A DNA stretch of 64,000 nucleotides, taken from positions 46,624,001 through 46,688,000 of the forward strand of contig NC_042999.1 in the NCBI RefSeq assembly GCF_006345805.1, in the 5' to 3' direction. This DNA comes from Octopus sinensis (Eukaryota). Each line of letters starts with the position of its first letter. The stretch's first letter is position 1. Positions 38,535 to 52,391 of the stretch are shown here, in pieces. The notes under the pieces were generated by a model. The model did not search any database and was not told where the DNA came from. It worked only from the letters and a program-made list of their open reading frames with translations. The translations under genes and the position numbers were made by a program.

Positions 38535-39025
38535 TCTTTTACTCTTTTGCTTGTTTCAGTCATTTGACTGTCGCCATGCTGGAGCACCGCCTTTAGTAGA
38601 GCAATTCGACACCAGGACTTATTCTTTGTAAGCCTAGTACTTATTTTATTGGCCTCTTTTGCCGAACCGCTAGCTTACGAGGACGTAAACATACCAGCAT
38701 CGGTTGTCAAGCGAAGGTAGGGGACAAACACAGATACACAAACACACACACACACGCATATATATATGTATGCGACGGGCTTCTTTCAGTTTCCGTCTAC
38801 CAAATCCACTCACAAGGCTTTGGTCGGCCCGAGGCTATAGTAGAAGACACTTGCCCAAGGTGCCACGCAGTGGGACTTAACTCGGAACCATGTGGTTGGT
38901 AAGCAAGCTTTGGTCGGCCCGAGGCTATGGTACAAGACACTTGCCCAAGGTGCCATGCAGTGGGACTGAACCCGGAACCATGTGGTTGATAAGCAAGCTA
39001 CTTACCACACAGCCCCTCCTACGCC
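38535..39025 (-). mobile_element. SINE family A with a duplicated 5' 120 bp
   Basis: The head-CORE unit is present twice (about 38817-38906 and 38907-39025). Confidence 0.9.
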
Positions 39026-39971
39026 TGTTCTCTGATAATTTGTTTACATATTGTATCTGATCGCCGGGCACAATCATATTTATGAGGTTATGTTTATATG
39101 AACTCCAAATTAATTAATTAAATATCTGTTAATTACGCAGTTGCCCTTGATGATTTCCGACAACTTTTTATGCTCTATATTCATAACCAGAATAGTGACG
39201 TTCGGTTTAATTTGTCCCGAGAGCGGGCGTGATAAGGTGATATTCTTGTTTCTTTTGTAATATTTTACTTTATATTTTTTCAAATTCTCGTTGCTGTTGC
39301 TGACGCCGACGTTAGCGTTTTGGTTATCCTCAATGTTATTGTTGATAGTACATTATTTTGTAATGTTTCTTCGACTGTGTATATATTTTACGGGGTTATG
39401 ATATTAATATGTATTTACTAACTACAGTGTTATTCGCTTTTAAAAAGGCTACTGTTTCCATTTCGCTGAAGAGTAACTACCATCTCTGTAGGAAATATTA
39501 CCCACTGTTATCAGTGTATAACAATATTTAATACTTAATTCTGCCAAGACAGCAGTAGCAAATATCAGTTCGTACATAGAAAAACAATTCTTTCCTTAAA
39601 ATGGAAAAAAGTTACAATAATTAATAACAGTTAATACATTCCATTCCTTTACATAATGGCAATAAAGCACAGACATATCTCATTTTCGTTCGAAAAACAA
39701 TTAGCAAATCTAAAAAAATCGACTGTATCATATATCTTAATACGATAACTTCCTAGAGCAATAATTAGTTTTGATATTATTAAAGAAATAATATTAATAG
39801 AAATGTACAGAAATTATTCAAATATAAATGAACGAAATTTAAAACAAAAACAAAAGCAAAAATTAGGTTTGTAATTTATGTGAATTCGAGCTTCATTTTG
39901 CAGACGAAAACCCATTAAAGCGAGAGATGATACTGCTACTGATAATAATAATAACAATAATGATGATAATA

Positions 39972-40034
<63 letters not shown>

Positions 40035-40057
40035 AATAACTATTATTATTATTGTTG

Positions 40058-40103
40058 TATTTGAGAAAGCAGTGCATGCCATCAAAGCGACACTGGGGTA
40101 AAA

Positions 40104-40104
<1 letters not shown>
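40058..40104 (-). mobile_element. Extreme 3' end of the 15833 element within (TTA)n
   Basis: Reverse complement attttaccccagtgtcgctttgatggcatgcactgctttctc. Confidence 0.8.
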
Positions 40105-40157
<53 letters not shown>

Positions 40158-40171
40158 CATCATCATCATCA

Positions 40172-40220
<49 letters not shown>

Positions 40221-40240
40221 CATCATCATCATCATCATCA

Positions 40241-40286
<46 letters not shown>

Positions 40287-40557
40287 CATCATCATAACAG
40301 TGGCAAAGCGAACTGAAAATCGAAGTGAAATAAACAAACCTAGCATTATTGAATTGTAAACAATTCAGTTTACGTATGTATCTGTTATCCAGTTTTTATA
40401 ATCGGCATAAGTGGAAAATGATACTGTCATTTCTGAAAAAAATAAGTTGTCGGAAATCATCAAGGGCAACTGCGTAATTAACAGATATTTAATTAATTAA
40501 TTTTGGGTTCATATAAACATAACCTGATACAATATGTAAACAAATTATCAGAGAACA

Positions 40558-40720
40558 GGCGTAGGAGTGGCTGTGTGGTAAGTAGCTTGCTTATCAACCA
40601 CATGGTTCCGGGTTCAGTCCCACTGCATGGCACCTTGGGCAAATGTCTTGTACTATAGCCTCGGGCCGACCAAAGCCATGTGAGTGGATTTGGTAGACAG
40701 AAACTGATAGAAGCCCGTCG

Positions 40721-40763
<43 letters not shown>

Positions 40764-41010
40764 CTGTGTGCGTGTGCGTATGTGTGTGTATGTTTGTGTG
40801 TCTGCGTTCGCCCCCCCCCACATCGTTTGACAACCGATGCTGGTGTGTTTACGTCTCCGTTACTTAGCGGTTCGAGAAAAGAGACCGATAGAATAAGTAC
40901 TAGGCTTTCAAAGAATAAATCTTGGGGTCGATTTACTCTACTAAGGGCGGTGCTCCCACATGACCACAGTCAAATGACAATCAAATAAAAGAGTAAATGA
41001 CTAAAAGAGT
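40558..41010 (+). mobile_element. SINE family A, full length
   Basis: Complete head-to-tail match to 19754-20203. Confidence 0.92.
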
Positions 41011-41499
41011 ATCATCATGAAACCAATAGCAAATAATCCTAACAAAACAGCAGCAATGAAAGCGCATAACCTATAGCTGTGCATTATATGCTTGAACAAG
41101 GAACTTCATATCACTTAATGCAGTTTACTGATCTTAACCTGAGTACCAGCAGCAGATGATTGTGGTAAGCGTGTGACAAATTTGTGTCATATTTGAGGTC
41201 ATTTGTACTCTCAATCGTTTCACGTCAAAATGAAACCATAATAACCTTTTTCCCAGTGCGCAACTGAAAGTAGATCCGAAGTACATTTTTAACCTGTTAA
41301 CAATCAGCATTAAGGTTAATAAGGGTGGTGTATTTTTCGTCTAATATGGAAATTTTTAAAAATTGATCCGCCTTGAATTCGGCATCTCCAAAACCGAAAT
41401 ATATTTACAGCTATCAGCGACAATGATGGCTTTCAAAATTTACCCATCTTAAAATTAAAACAGAATAGGACTGAAGAGGTAAAAGTAAAAAATAACTTT

Positions 41500-43290
41500 T
41501 TACTTCTGCATGCGTATGATCGTATATGAAATGTCTCACTTCAAACCAACAAATATATCTATCCCAGTCCCAAGACATATCATGGAAACAAAGGTAAATA
41601 AATATATACTAACTTTCAAATCTGAAGCAGAACCAAATTTAAGGAAAACAGAAGAATTCTTGAGAATGAGATGAAGAACGAATGAATCAACACGGGGGAA
41701 TTAATTAAATCAAAAAATATAGTAACTGAAAAATAAGTGGTCATAACAACACAAGACCAGTCACTAAAGAATAATGAAAAAAATAAAAGTAAAGGTACGA
41801 AGATAAAATCTCAAAAATTCGCACTGACAGTGGCGTTTAATAAATACAGAGTTGGAGACACCTAATCATCGCACTGGGAGAAAAAAGTCTTAACCGTCAA
41901 GATTATAGAAACAGCTAACTCTAAAACACATCTTGCTTTCTTACAACTTCTAAAACCTTAAATGCATTGTTAGTGAGAATGAATCTGGAGAAAATACATA
42001 GCCTTGCTTAAATGAAGAGGAACTTTGTTACACAGGCTCTTGGGCTTGCAAAGTGCAATCGCTTCTCAATAAAACTATAACGGACTGTTGAAAGATAAAG
42101 AGTTTCACTATAATAAAGAAACGATTACAAACATGTTTTATAGTACCCCGTACTCGTGTGTCCTGGAATAATTAATGATAATAATCATAAATAGATGTAT
42201 TAAAAAAAACATCATGAATGACAAACAATTTTAAGGATACAGAGAAATGAATTAATTATAATCTCTAAAAGAACCCTATACAATTTCCATTTGGCATTTA
42301 GGTAGTTGAACTATTAACCAAATTATACTTAAATGTAGCTGCTATGGCAAGACAGTCAACAACCTTTTCTATATGGGTGATATCAAACTGATAACGATTA
42401 GAAACACTGTTCCAGACAGTTAACACACCATTGATGCGCTAGACGATTTAGTTTAAGATTCGGATTATAAAAATTCGATAAAGATACACTGATGACAGAA
42501 AAATTGAGTAAATACATTAATAACATACTAGATAAAATAAAAGTGATAAGAAAAATAGATTAAACACTGACATAAAAATACTTAGGAATCTATCAGCTAG
42601 ACAGTATACCATAAAAACAAATAAAAGATGAGAAAAGTATATTGTAGATGCATAAGATAACTGCTTAAGACTGAACTAAATGAAAAATAAATAAATGAGG
42701 TCATAGGCGTCCATTTTCTTGCAATACCAGTAATAATATGTAGTTGTAATATTCTTAGTTTGACATAAAACGAACTAGACAAGGAAGATTAGAGAGAAAT
42801 AAAAATAGAAAACAAGAGAGTAACAATTGAACTTAGAATAAAAAACAAACTTTTGGTATAACACAAGTACACGTAATGAGGGGCCAAATGCTAAATCAAA
42901 TGCGTTGCAAAATATCTGCTGCAATATTACCAAGATTACCACAAAAATATGATGAGAACCGTATGCAGATAACTAAAGTTACTTAGAAAACTAAGATGAA
43001 GTATAAGACTATTCAACTCTGAGAAGTTAAATATTCGGCAAAATATATAAAATCTGACAGTGATTTATGAGGAGAAAGAATAGACAAAAATAGGAAAAGC
43101 AAAACAACCAAAAAACTGTTAATAAGTTAAAAATTAAGTCAATCGTTGGGTTATTATGTGCCATGATAAAGTCATGACGAAGCGTCTCTAAATGTCAGAC
43201 ACCCGAAAAACAATAGAAAAACAAAAACGGAAGAGTGTGGAAGTTGACAAAATAAAATCGCAACACAGGATGACAAATGCAAGATGCTAA
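41500..43290 (+). mobile_element. Old degraded R4/Dong-type retrotransposon
   Basis: LFYMGDIKL (YMDD), KYLGI and LKTELN..AIPVIICSCNILS..NELDK are colinear with the Dong copy at 55000-55430. Confidence 0.7.
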
Positions 43291-44656
43291 ACATAGGGTG
43301 AAGTATTTTATATTTCCATATAAGAGAAGAGTTTCCTTTCATGATTAAAATATTATTAGAATAATTAACTTTAGATTATGCTGAGATTGGGAAGGCTGTT
43401 AATTCTTACACTGAGTTTGGGAATAATTGCTTGTGGTCTTTCAAATCAGCATCTTTCTGGTATCAATTTAAAGAAGAGAACGACTCTAGAAAAATGGAAA
43501 ATTGGCCCCGGCAAGGTTTGAAATCCGTGCTTAAATGAAGGCTACACAAAACGGTAAGTTATTGTGTCTGTTACTTTACTAATTTCGCTAACCCAGTGTA
43601 CTATGTTTCACAGCATCCAAGACCTTCAAAAACCTTAATAATGATAATTCTTAATATTGGCACGGTGACAAAATGTTCTGAAGGATGGATGAGTCAATTA
43701 TATCGGCTCATGTAATTTTCTGGTACTTATTGTCATCTAGTCCAAAGAAAGAAAAAAATAATGCAAAAATGCAACGAAAAATTCAAATCAAATCAAAAAA
43801 CGAAGATAAAAATTAACATTGCCACACGCTAATTTTGACGAGAAAAGAGTAACAGCACGTAACCAATAGCTCCGATACATTTTCGTCCATCTTCCTATTG
43901 ATCCTGTTAATCTACAGAATACTGATTTCCAGCCACTATCGTCGATAATGATACTGATAAAGATAATAATACACATATATTTCAAAAAATTCACAGCGGT
44001 CATAGATAGGTTTTCGTGGACAATATAAAACGAATGAATTTACAATGTAAGGCGTTGTTATTGCAAAAAAAGAATAACATAACAAAATAAATATATTTAT
44101 CATCAATATTTAGCATAGATTTCTGTAGACCTCTATAGAGATCAAATTCTTTAGTTTTTATTAGCCAACAACGTCAAGGCCATTAGGGAGTACCATCGCC
44201 TTGAATTTGATAGTATAATTGTTATATTTACGGTAAAAACATTTATTAAAAAAGTAAACATTTGGCACATTTACAAAAATATATTTGGATTACATGCTAT
44301 AAGTAACGTTTCTTAAAAAAAAAACATCCCTCTCAAGTTTCAAACGTTTAAGTGTTTTATGAAGAGGTTAAATATATAATGTAATAATGCATAGCAACAA
44401 ACGCGTGAAGTGCTATAAATATGTGTGCTTATATGTGTGTATATTAACACACTCATACACACATGCACACACACACATATATATTCACATATGTATGTAC
44501 TATTATATGCACAGATATAAGCATATAACACACACATATATGTATATATTTGTAAATGCTTTAATATTTATTTGTGTTACACAAATCTATGGAAATGCGG
44601 GTATATATATGCATGCAAATACATTCTTAATAGATACAATATATACATATATATAT

Positions 44657-44730
<74 letters not shown>

Positions 44731-46387
44731 ATGTGTGTGTGTGTGCATGTGTGCGCGTGTGTGTATGTATGTATGCATGCGTGTATGTAGGTATGTATGT
44801 ATGTATGTATGTATGTATGCATGCATGCATGCATGTATGTATGTATGTATGTATGTATGTATGTATGTATGTATGTATGTGAGCGTGTTTGCACATATAT
44901 AAATCTGTGATTTTACGCTGTCGTTACTTGTTCATTAACTATGAGAGGTCTGTGTTCCATGAAAAACGAAACCGATTTTGGAACTTAGCCCAAAAATATT
45001 TTACGGAAATATATTTATCTAGCACTCCTTACTGGATCTCTCAACGTGTAAGGAATAATAAAGAATGAAGACTGCCAGTGGCACGCAATTAAACATTTCA
45101 ACGCTCTCTGTAATTTTATTTCTATTTTTAACATTTATTGTGTATGAAGTTATATTACACATCATGAAATCACAAACATACAAATATATACATACATGCC
45201 TACGATATTTTGTTTAAGGCCATTTATTGTAGCTATCATAAATTCTTTTCCTAATCGTCTTTAAAGTCAATAAACTTATATAAACTTTTGGAATGCTATC
45301 ATATTTTGAAACGTAGGAAAAAGGAATTAAATTTAATAATTTGTAACAGGTTTTTAGGATCGTGAAAGAAGGAAGAGTTATAGAAGTTTACAGAGTGTGT
45401 CCGAAGAACGGAGAAACGATACGTCTCAAGCGATTGAGACCTATGCTTTCTCTGAAAACCCAAAAGGTAAAAGAACCAATGGTGTTGCGATGCAAAACGA
45501 GATTATTTTGGTAGTGGAGTGGAGAAGGCCAAAGTTCCACATAAGTTGTGCTGCCAAACATCTAATGACATTTTACTCGCAGCAGTTGATATTCAGGACG
45601 CAAACAGAACATCAGTAATATCATAAAACCACGAGAGCAGCAATAGCAACAACTGCAATATTAAAACTCAAACAGCCATTGCAGCAAGAAATGTGGCAAC
45701 AAATGTAACAGCAACAACAAATGTTGTACTCACATCAGCATCACTAACTGTCATAAAGAACACAAAGAAAAGATCCCATGATCATAACAACAACAACGTA
45801 AAATATCTAGTTCAGTGTCTAAGTATTACTGAGTTTCAGAGTTCAACTATTGTCATATGCAGGAAGGACAGATCCGACTATCACATTGTATCAGAGTGAA
45901 GATAATATCTGCCTACTTTCTTTAGGTTAAAGGGGTAGACACTTTTCGTATGCGTGAAAATCTCTAAAAAATTTTCATGTTAGACGCAATGTACTTAAGT
46001 GAGACAAGGTGAAGACAGAGGCGATGCTTCAATAAATTTGCTGAATGTTAGATGAGACGATGTATACTGTCTGAGAAAAAGGGTCTGCAACATCACTAAT
46101 TTGAAGGCGAGAAAATGATAATTATGATGGAGAACTCTTCCCATATGATCAGACTGATCCATGATGTGGGAGCGTCGATGATTGGTCTCCTAGGTAGAGC
46201 CTTCTCTCTTGCGAATACTCTTATATTTTAGTTATGTAGATGATTTTATTCATGTTATGCATATTTTCCATAAGTCCCTTCGGTTTATGAATTTCATTCT
46301 CTCCTTTTAACTGCGTCTTTTATGGGGCCTTCTCACAAGAAAAGAGCCGATATCATTGTTATTATTATTATTCATAGTAATATGGTG

Positions 46388-46660
46388 AGGCGGTGACATA
46401 GATTCGTTAGAAATTCGAGTAAGATGCTCAGCAATATTTCGGCCGTCTTCACGTTCAAATTCTGCTGAGGTAGAATTTACCTTTCATCTGTTCGGCATCG
46501 ATAACACGAGTACCAGTTGCTTACTGGGTCGATTACATCGACTTACCCCCTCCCGTAAAACTGATGGTAAATTCGACTTCCGCGGAATTTGAACTCAGAC
46601 GGGAGAAATACCTCAAAGCATTTCGTCCGGCGCACTAACGATTCTTCCTGCTCACCGCCT
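46388..46660. mobile_element. Convergent pair of SINE family B copies (+ then -)
   Basis: The plus copy spans about 46388-46560 and the minus head about 46567-46660 (gaatttgaactcag..ctcaccgcc). Confidence 0.75.
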
Positions 46661-46664
46661 TAGT

Positions 46665-46700
46665 ACTACAACAACAACTACAACAACAACTACAACAACA

Positions 46701-46747
<47 letters not shown>

Positions 46748-46757
46748 CACCACCACC

Positions 46758-46792
<35 letters not shown>

Positions 46793-46795
46793 GAT

Positions 46796-46829
<34 letters not shown>

Positions 46830-46851
46830 GCTGCTGCTGCTGTTGCTGCTG

Positions 46852-46882
<31 letters not shown>

Positions 46883-46892
46883 CACTACTACT
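46665..46892. repeat. Compound (ACA/ACT/ACC/GCT)n trinucleotide tract
   Basis: Seen directly. Confidence 0.95.
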
Positions 46893-46910
46893 AATAATGA
46901 TAATAATATT

Positions 46911-49165
46911 AAGTTCTATATTTAAGAGATGAGGAATTATGTATATTATTTACCTTATTTACATTATTTATATTTGACAGATATTTGTCCTCATCTTGTT
47001 TGTTGCTAACATTTCGGCTAATATACCCTACATTTTAAACCTAAGGTTATTTTTTTATGTTGTTGCTATCATTATTATTTTTAAGGTCACTGCCTGGAAT
47101 ATACTCGGGATCTTGGGGTTAGTAGCCCGCGCTCTTAACCACTACACCGTGGGCAATTAAGGAGTGAATTTTAGGGCTTATAAATTTAATATTCTCCTGT
47201 CCTTCCTTAATACCGGTTCCCATATGCTGTTCATATCTGCACTCGGTCTGCATAGGAGGTTAGCATATGTGCTGCTACTTTTAGTTTTGATATTTCCCAG
47301 TGGTGTTCTCTGTCTATTATTTTAACACCATCCCATAGTGGAGGTGGTCTCCATTTTCCCACACATGATCAGCTATACCCGATTTATCAATATCTTCCCG
47401 TGTCACAGCTTTGCAATGTCCCTCTACTCTTATTTTGAGGGGGAGGCATGTTTCGCCTTTGTATAACTTACCACAGCTGCATGGAACGGAGTACAGGCAG
47501 TTCGTGTTCATATTGTCTTCTATTGGTGGTGTTACTCGAAGGAGATATTTGCGAAGTGTTGTATTAATTTTGAATACTGTCCTGATGTCATATGGGTCGC
47601 ATATATTTTGTATCTTTTCGGTGAGGCCTTTCACATAGGGTAGACAGTTTGTGGACAGTTTATCGGTTTCATTCTCTCTTTTCGTCATAATTGGAGTGGA
47701 GAGTTGTTGCTTAATAGATTATTAATTGGTGTGGGATAGTTGTTGCTTAATAGATTATCACTGAGCTTGATAATTTATTCGTGGTGGGTACCACGGTCGC
47801 TACTTATATTCATCGCTCGATGTTTTAGGCTCTTTACAATGTATGGATGGTGGAAGTTAAAGTTGAGGCATCGTCCAGTGAATGTCGGCTTGCGGTATAT
47901 GGATGTCCTGAATCCATACTTGGTGCATGTTATTAATACATTCAGGAATGCTAGCTGATTGTCTTTTTCCTTTTTCATTGTGAACTGTACGTATGGCTTT
48001 ATTGAGTCACATGATCTTAACAGCACTTGGACATCTTCCTGGTGGGGCCAGAGTATAAAGGTATCATCAACATATCGCAGGCATAGGTTTGGTTTTAGTG
48101 ATGATGATCCTAAAGCTAAATCCTCAAAGTAGTTCATGTATATATTGGTTATTATCAGTGATAATGTTGAACCCATAGCTAAACCCTCCTCTTGTCGATA
48201 TATATCAGAGTCCATACTGAAGTAGGTAGTTTCTAAACAGAAGGTCAACATTTCCATTAAGTTTCTTATTGGTATACTGGTGAGTTCTTTTAGATGAGTG
48301 CCTGTCACCAGTTTTTTCCTGAATCACCAATAGTGCTTCACCAGTTGGGACTTTGGCGAACAGATTTATCACATCTAGACTCACCATCTGGTTGGAATCA
48401 GTTGTGGTATCCTTGATCAATTCTGTGAAGTGGGTGGAATTCTTCACGTGCGATGTTGACTTTCCTGCTAATGGACTGATTATATCCACAAGGAAACGAC
48501 TCAGTGGATGACATGCTGAACCTCTACAGCTCACCATAGGTCTTAATGGAATACCATCCTTGGGAATCTTAGGAAGACCGTACATGTGTGCCAGTTTACT
48601 GTAATGTTGAGTCAGTTGTTTGTACTTCATTGGTGTAAAGTGGTCCTTGTTCTTGATCAAGATCTGTGACAACTTCCTCTCTGTTTTCAAAGTAGGGTCT
48701 TTCTTTACTTTGCTGTAGCTACCATCACTTATAAGACTTGCCAATTTTTCAGAGTAGTCAGACGTGTTCATCACCACTGTAATATTTCCCTTGTCCGCTG
48801 GAAGTATTATGATAGAGCTGTCATTCCGTAGTCTTTTGATGGCGAACTTTTCTTCTTTGGTGATATTTGGTTTGGGAAGTTTCAGTTTTTATTATACTTG
48901 TCTCACTTTCCACCTTAGTCCATCTCCCTGAGTTTTTGATATCTTTTGGGCTGTCTCTTCAATAGGGGCTATTATGTCCAAGTATGGAATGCACTTGATG
49001 GTTGTCGGAAAGTTGAGGCCTTTGTTTAGTACTGCTGCTTCAGATCTTTCTAGATGTCGGCTACTTACATTAATTAATGCTTTCACAGGTGGGTGACGGA
49101 TTTCCGTCTTCATTCTCTGACTTTTGAGTTTCATGGACTTCTTAATCTGGCGTGTCTTCACCATT
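46911..49165 (-). mobile_element. Penelope-like element (RT plus GIY-YIG), 5'-truncated and decayed, with 3' pLTR
   Basis: LNKGLNF, YGLPKIPKDGIPLRP, SLDV..LF, GLAMGSTLS, RYVDDTF, YRKPT; GIY-YIG LYSVPCSCGKLYKGET; ORF ends ..NSIWEPVLRKDRRILNL* at 47178. The pLTR at 46911-47153 has a tRNA-like cassette and a partly deleted hammerhead. Confidence 0.95.
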
Positions 49166-49193
49166 TCAAAGAGAAATGTTTGTATATTATGAT

Positions 49194-49340
49194 CGTCTGT
49201 CTTTACGTTCTGAGTTCAAATTCTGCCGAAGTCGACTTTGCCTTTTGTCCTTTGGGGGGTCGATGAATTACGCACCAGTTGGGTACTGGGGTCGATCTAA
49301 TCAACCGGTCCCCTCCCCACAAAAATGGCAAGCCTAGAAA
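49194..49340 (+). mobile_element. SINE family B, 5'-truncated
   Basis: ttacgttctgagttcaaattctgccgaagtcgactttgcc.. matches family B. Confidence 0.85.
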
Positions 49341-49489
49341 AGTATGTGACAGTTACAGAAAGTAATGTGACACCAATGACTATATAATCCCACCAAAATA
49401 TTTTAGTTACACAAACGTAAACGGTATTATATTTAACCTTATAATACATCGTACACATTCAAAGAATCTTCTTTTCTGGTATTCTTTTA

Positions 49490-49685
49490 TTCTGTTACTT
49501 GTTTCAGTCATTTGACGGTGGCCATGCTAGAGCACCGTACTTTAGTCGAAGAAATTGACCCCTGGACTTAATCTCTGTAAGCCTGGTGCTAATTCTGTCA
49601 GTCTTTTCTACTGAACAGCTAAATTACAGAGACGCAAACATACCAACATCGGTGTGAAGCAATATTAGTGGTGGGACAAACACAG
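49490..49685 (-). mobile_element. SINE family A, 3' half
   Basis: cttgtttcagtcatttgacggtggccatgctagagcaccg.. is the antisense tail. Confidence 0.8.
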
Positions 49686-49887
49686 AGAGAGGCAGAGAAC
49701 CAGAGAGTAAGTGTCAGTCCACAACGAAGTTTTCACCACTCTCTCTCTTACTTCCTCTCTGTCCTCCTGTCTCTCGCTTTGCCACTTCTTTCAAGTGTGA
49801 CACACACCACAGGTACGTACAAAAACAAAAAAATAGCGTATTATTGATAATAATAACAACAACAACAACAAAAACAACAACAACAAC

Positions 49888-49934
<47 letters not shown>

Positions 49935-49936
49935 CA

Positions 49937-50240
49937 ATTTGATAAATATGGAAATCTGAGAATCGGGATCGCTTAGTTGTGGCAGCTTCAAGGGTCAAAC
50001 ATAAAGGTTATTCCTATTGTCATCGGAGCACTGGGTTGAATACTACCCAATCTGAAAACTTTAGAAATACCCTACAGTCTAAGTATATTGGAAAAGTCGG
50101 TATTACTTGGAACTGCACGCATATGGCGCAAAGTACTATCTGTCTGAAGCCCTTGTGACTTGATAAACAGTACAAACCCCCGGTAGACACAATATCTTCA
50201 ATCAACAACCTCATTATATTGTATACTCCGCGACTTCTAC
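49937..50240 (+). mobile_element. R4/Dong 3' fragment (RLE C-terminus plus UTR) within (TAA)n
   Basis: FDKYGNLRIGIA*LW..IKVIPIVIGALG..LEKSVLLGTARIWRKVLSV*, with (TAA)n on both sides. Confidence 0.85.
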
Positions 50241-50295
<55 letters not shown>

Positions 50296-50337
50296 TAATA
50301 ATAATAATTAATTAATAAATTTAAAAATTAATTTATG

Positions 50338-50385
<48 letters not shown>

Positions 50386-50574
50386 ATTATTATTATTTAT
50401 TTATGTATTAATTTTTAAATATATATTTTATCTGTGAATTTGCGCGTGTAATCTGGGAATGCATACAATGAGCTTCTCTACCCTAGGTGTATAGAAAACA
50501 CTTGACGAGAAACGGAAGAAAATTTGAAGAAAGAAGAAAAAATATTATTATTAATAATAATAATAATAATAATA

Positions 50575-50767
50575 AGGCCTGAAATTTGTGGAGAGGGGTT
50601 AAGTGGATTACATCGACCCGAGTACTCAAATGGTACTTAAATTATCATCCAGAAAGGATAAAATGCAAAGTCGACCTCGGCGGAATTTGAACTCAGAACG
50701 TAGCGACGGGCGAAACACTGTTAAGCATTCAGCCCAGACTGCTAACGATTCTTCTAGCTCGCCGCCC
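50575..50767 (-). mobile_element. SINE family B
   Basis: gcaaagtcgacctcggcggaatttgaactcagaacgtagc..ctcgccgcc. Confidence 0.88.
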
Positions 50768-50975
50768 AAGTAACAACAACAACAACAACAACAATGATAG
50801 TTATTAATTTTAATATTAAAATGTGTCAGTTGTAGAATGCACATACACACACTGATGCTACATACGTGAAGTGTCACAAAGATAATTTGACAATTATTAT
50901 TGCAACACTACAGAATGCATTAATTTTGCAAATGTCCCGAACATCGCACACACACATATACACATACACATACAC

Positions 50976-51013
<38 letters not shown>

Positions 51014-51539
51014 GCAGGTACATATATTTATGTAATTTCTCATAAGCAATATTCATTCTTTCGTGAATATATTTTTCTACATTTTTCTGTGTACATATAT
51101 CATTTTATTGTTAATGTTTTAGCAAGCGATATCGAAATTCTGTTTGAAAGCATTCTGTTAATTCATTTTTCACTAGATATTAGCTGGCAGGCAATCGAGA
51201 TAACCGTTACAAATTTTTCTGATGAATAATTCATGTAATTCATAATTCCACTATGCAATGATGCAATACTGTGTGTAATGTGACAATTTTTTTTCATATA
51301 TTTTTCAAAACTCTGTTTTAACATTTGTGAATATTTGAAACTTATTTCAATGTAATCGGCAATAATTTTTTGATTGAATTTATATTGGGGGTGACAAGAG
51401 ATATTGCAATTTTCAATTGTAAAAAAAATACTATTTTACAAATAAACTACCAAATTACTTTCATATATATTGTCTTCTGCTTAATATTTTTTATTGTGCT
51501 GCACATACCTATACATATATATATATATATATATTATTT

Positions 51540-51832
51540 GTTTGTTTGTTCCTTATCGAGCCATTACCTGGCTCATAAGGGCCGTTTTCCCGGTTTACTT
51601 GGCGTAAAGGTTTCCCAACTGGACGGGACGCCGGTGAGCTGCAAGATGCAGGAGGAAAGACTGAGAGAAAGTTGTGGTAAAAGAGTCAGGTTAGTTCGTC
51701 ATTACCTTCTGCCGGAGCCCCGTGGAGCTTAAGTGTTGCGCTCAAAAACACACACATCGCCCGGTCTGAGATTCGAATCCGCGATCCCTCGACCGCGAGT
51801 CAGCTGCTCTAATCACTAGGCCATGTGCCTCC
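51540..51832 (-). mobile_element. SINE family C variant (same tRNA head, different tail)
   Basis: Head ggcacatggcctagtg..gactcgcggtcgagggatcgcggattcgaatc is like 62497. The 3' part differs and ends in (aaac)n. Confidence 0.8.
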
Positions 51833-51890
51833 ACACACACAAACACGTATATATATATAGAGAGAGAGAGACGTATATATATGTGTATAT

Positions 51891-51956
<66 letters not shown>

Positions 51957-51965
51957 TACATATAT

Positions 51966-52000
<35 letters not shown>

Positions 52001-52391
52001 ATGTATATTGCGCATTTACTGTATTACATATGGCTGTCTTAATTTGTATAATTTGCTCATCGCATTTTCATGCATTTGCCGATGTCGTTACTTTGCATTC
52101 ATGCTCTTACTTTCTTCTTCTTCTTCTTCTTCTTCTTCTTCTTCTTCTTCTTCTTCTTCTTCTTCTTCTTCTTCTTCTTCTTCTTCTTCTTCTTCTTCTT
52201 TATAATTCTGCAAGACAAAAAAGCTGGGACACAAAATGAACGAGTGATATACTCTTTCGTTTCTCTATTAGCAATGTGGACTATCACACCAGACGGGATT
52301 TTGGAGTTTGTAGATTTTATTTCGAACTTATAATGCCTATGTATAGTCCTTTTAGCCGAACTATATATAGAAGCCTATGCCAAAGAAATGG

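Noticed and set aside
45330-46320. Faint RTE-like protein traces
   Set aside because: Too degraded to assign by eye.
50241-50400. (AAT)n followed by (ATT)n, forming a hairpin
   Set aside because: Low-complexity symmetry that adjacent opposite-strand microsatellites can explain.
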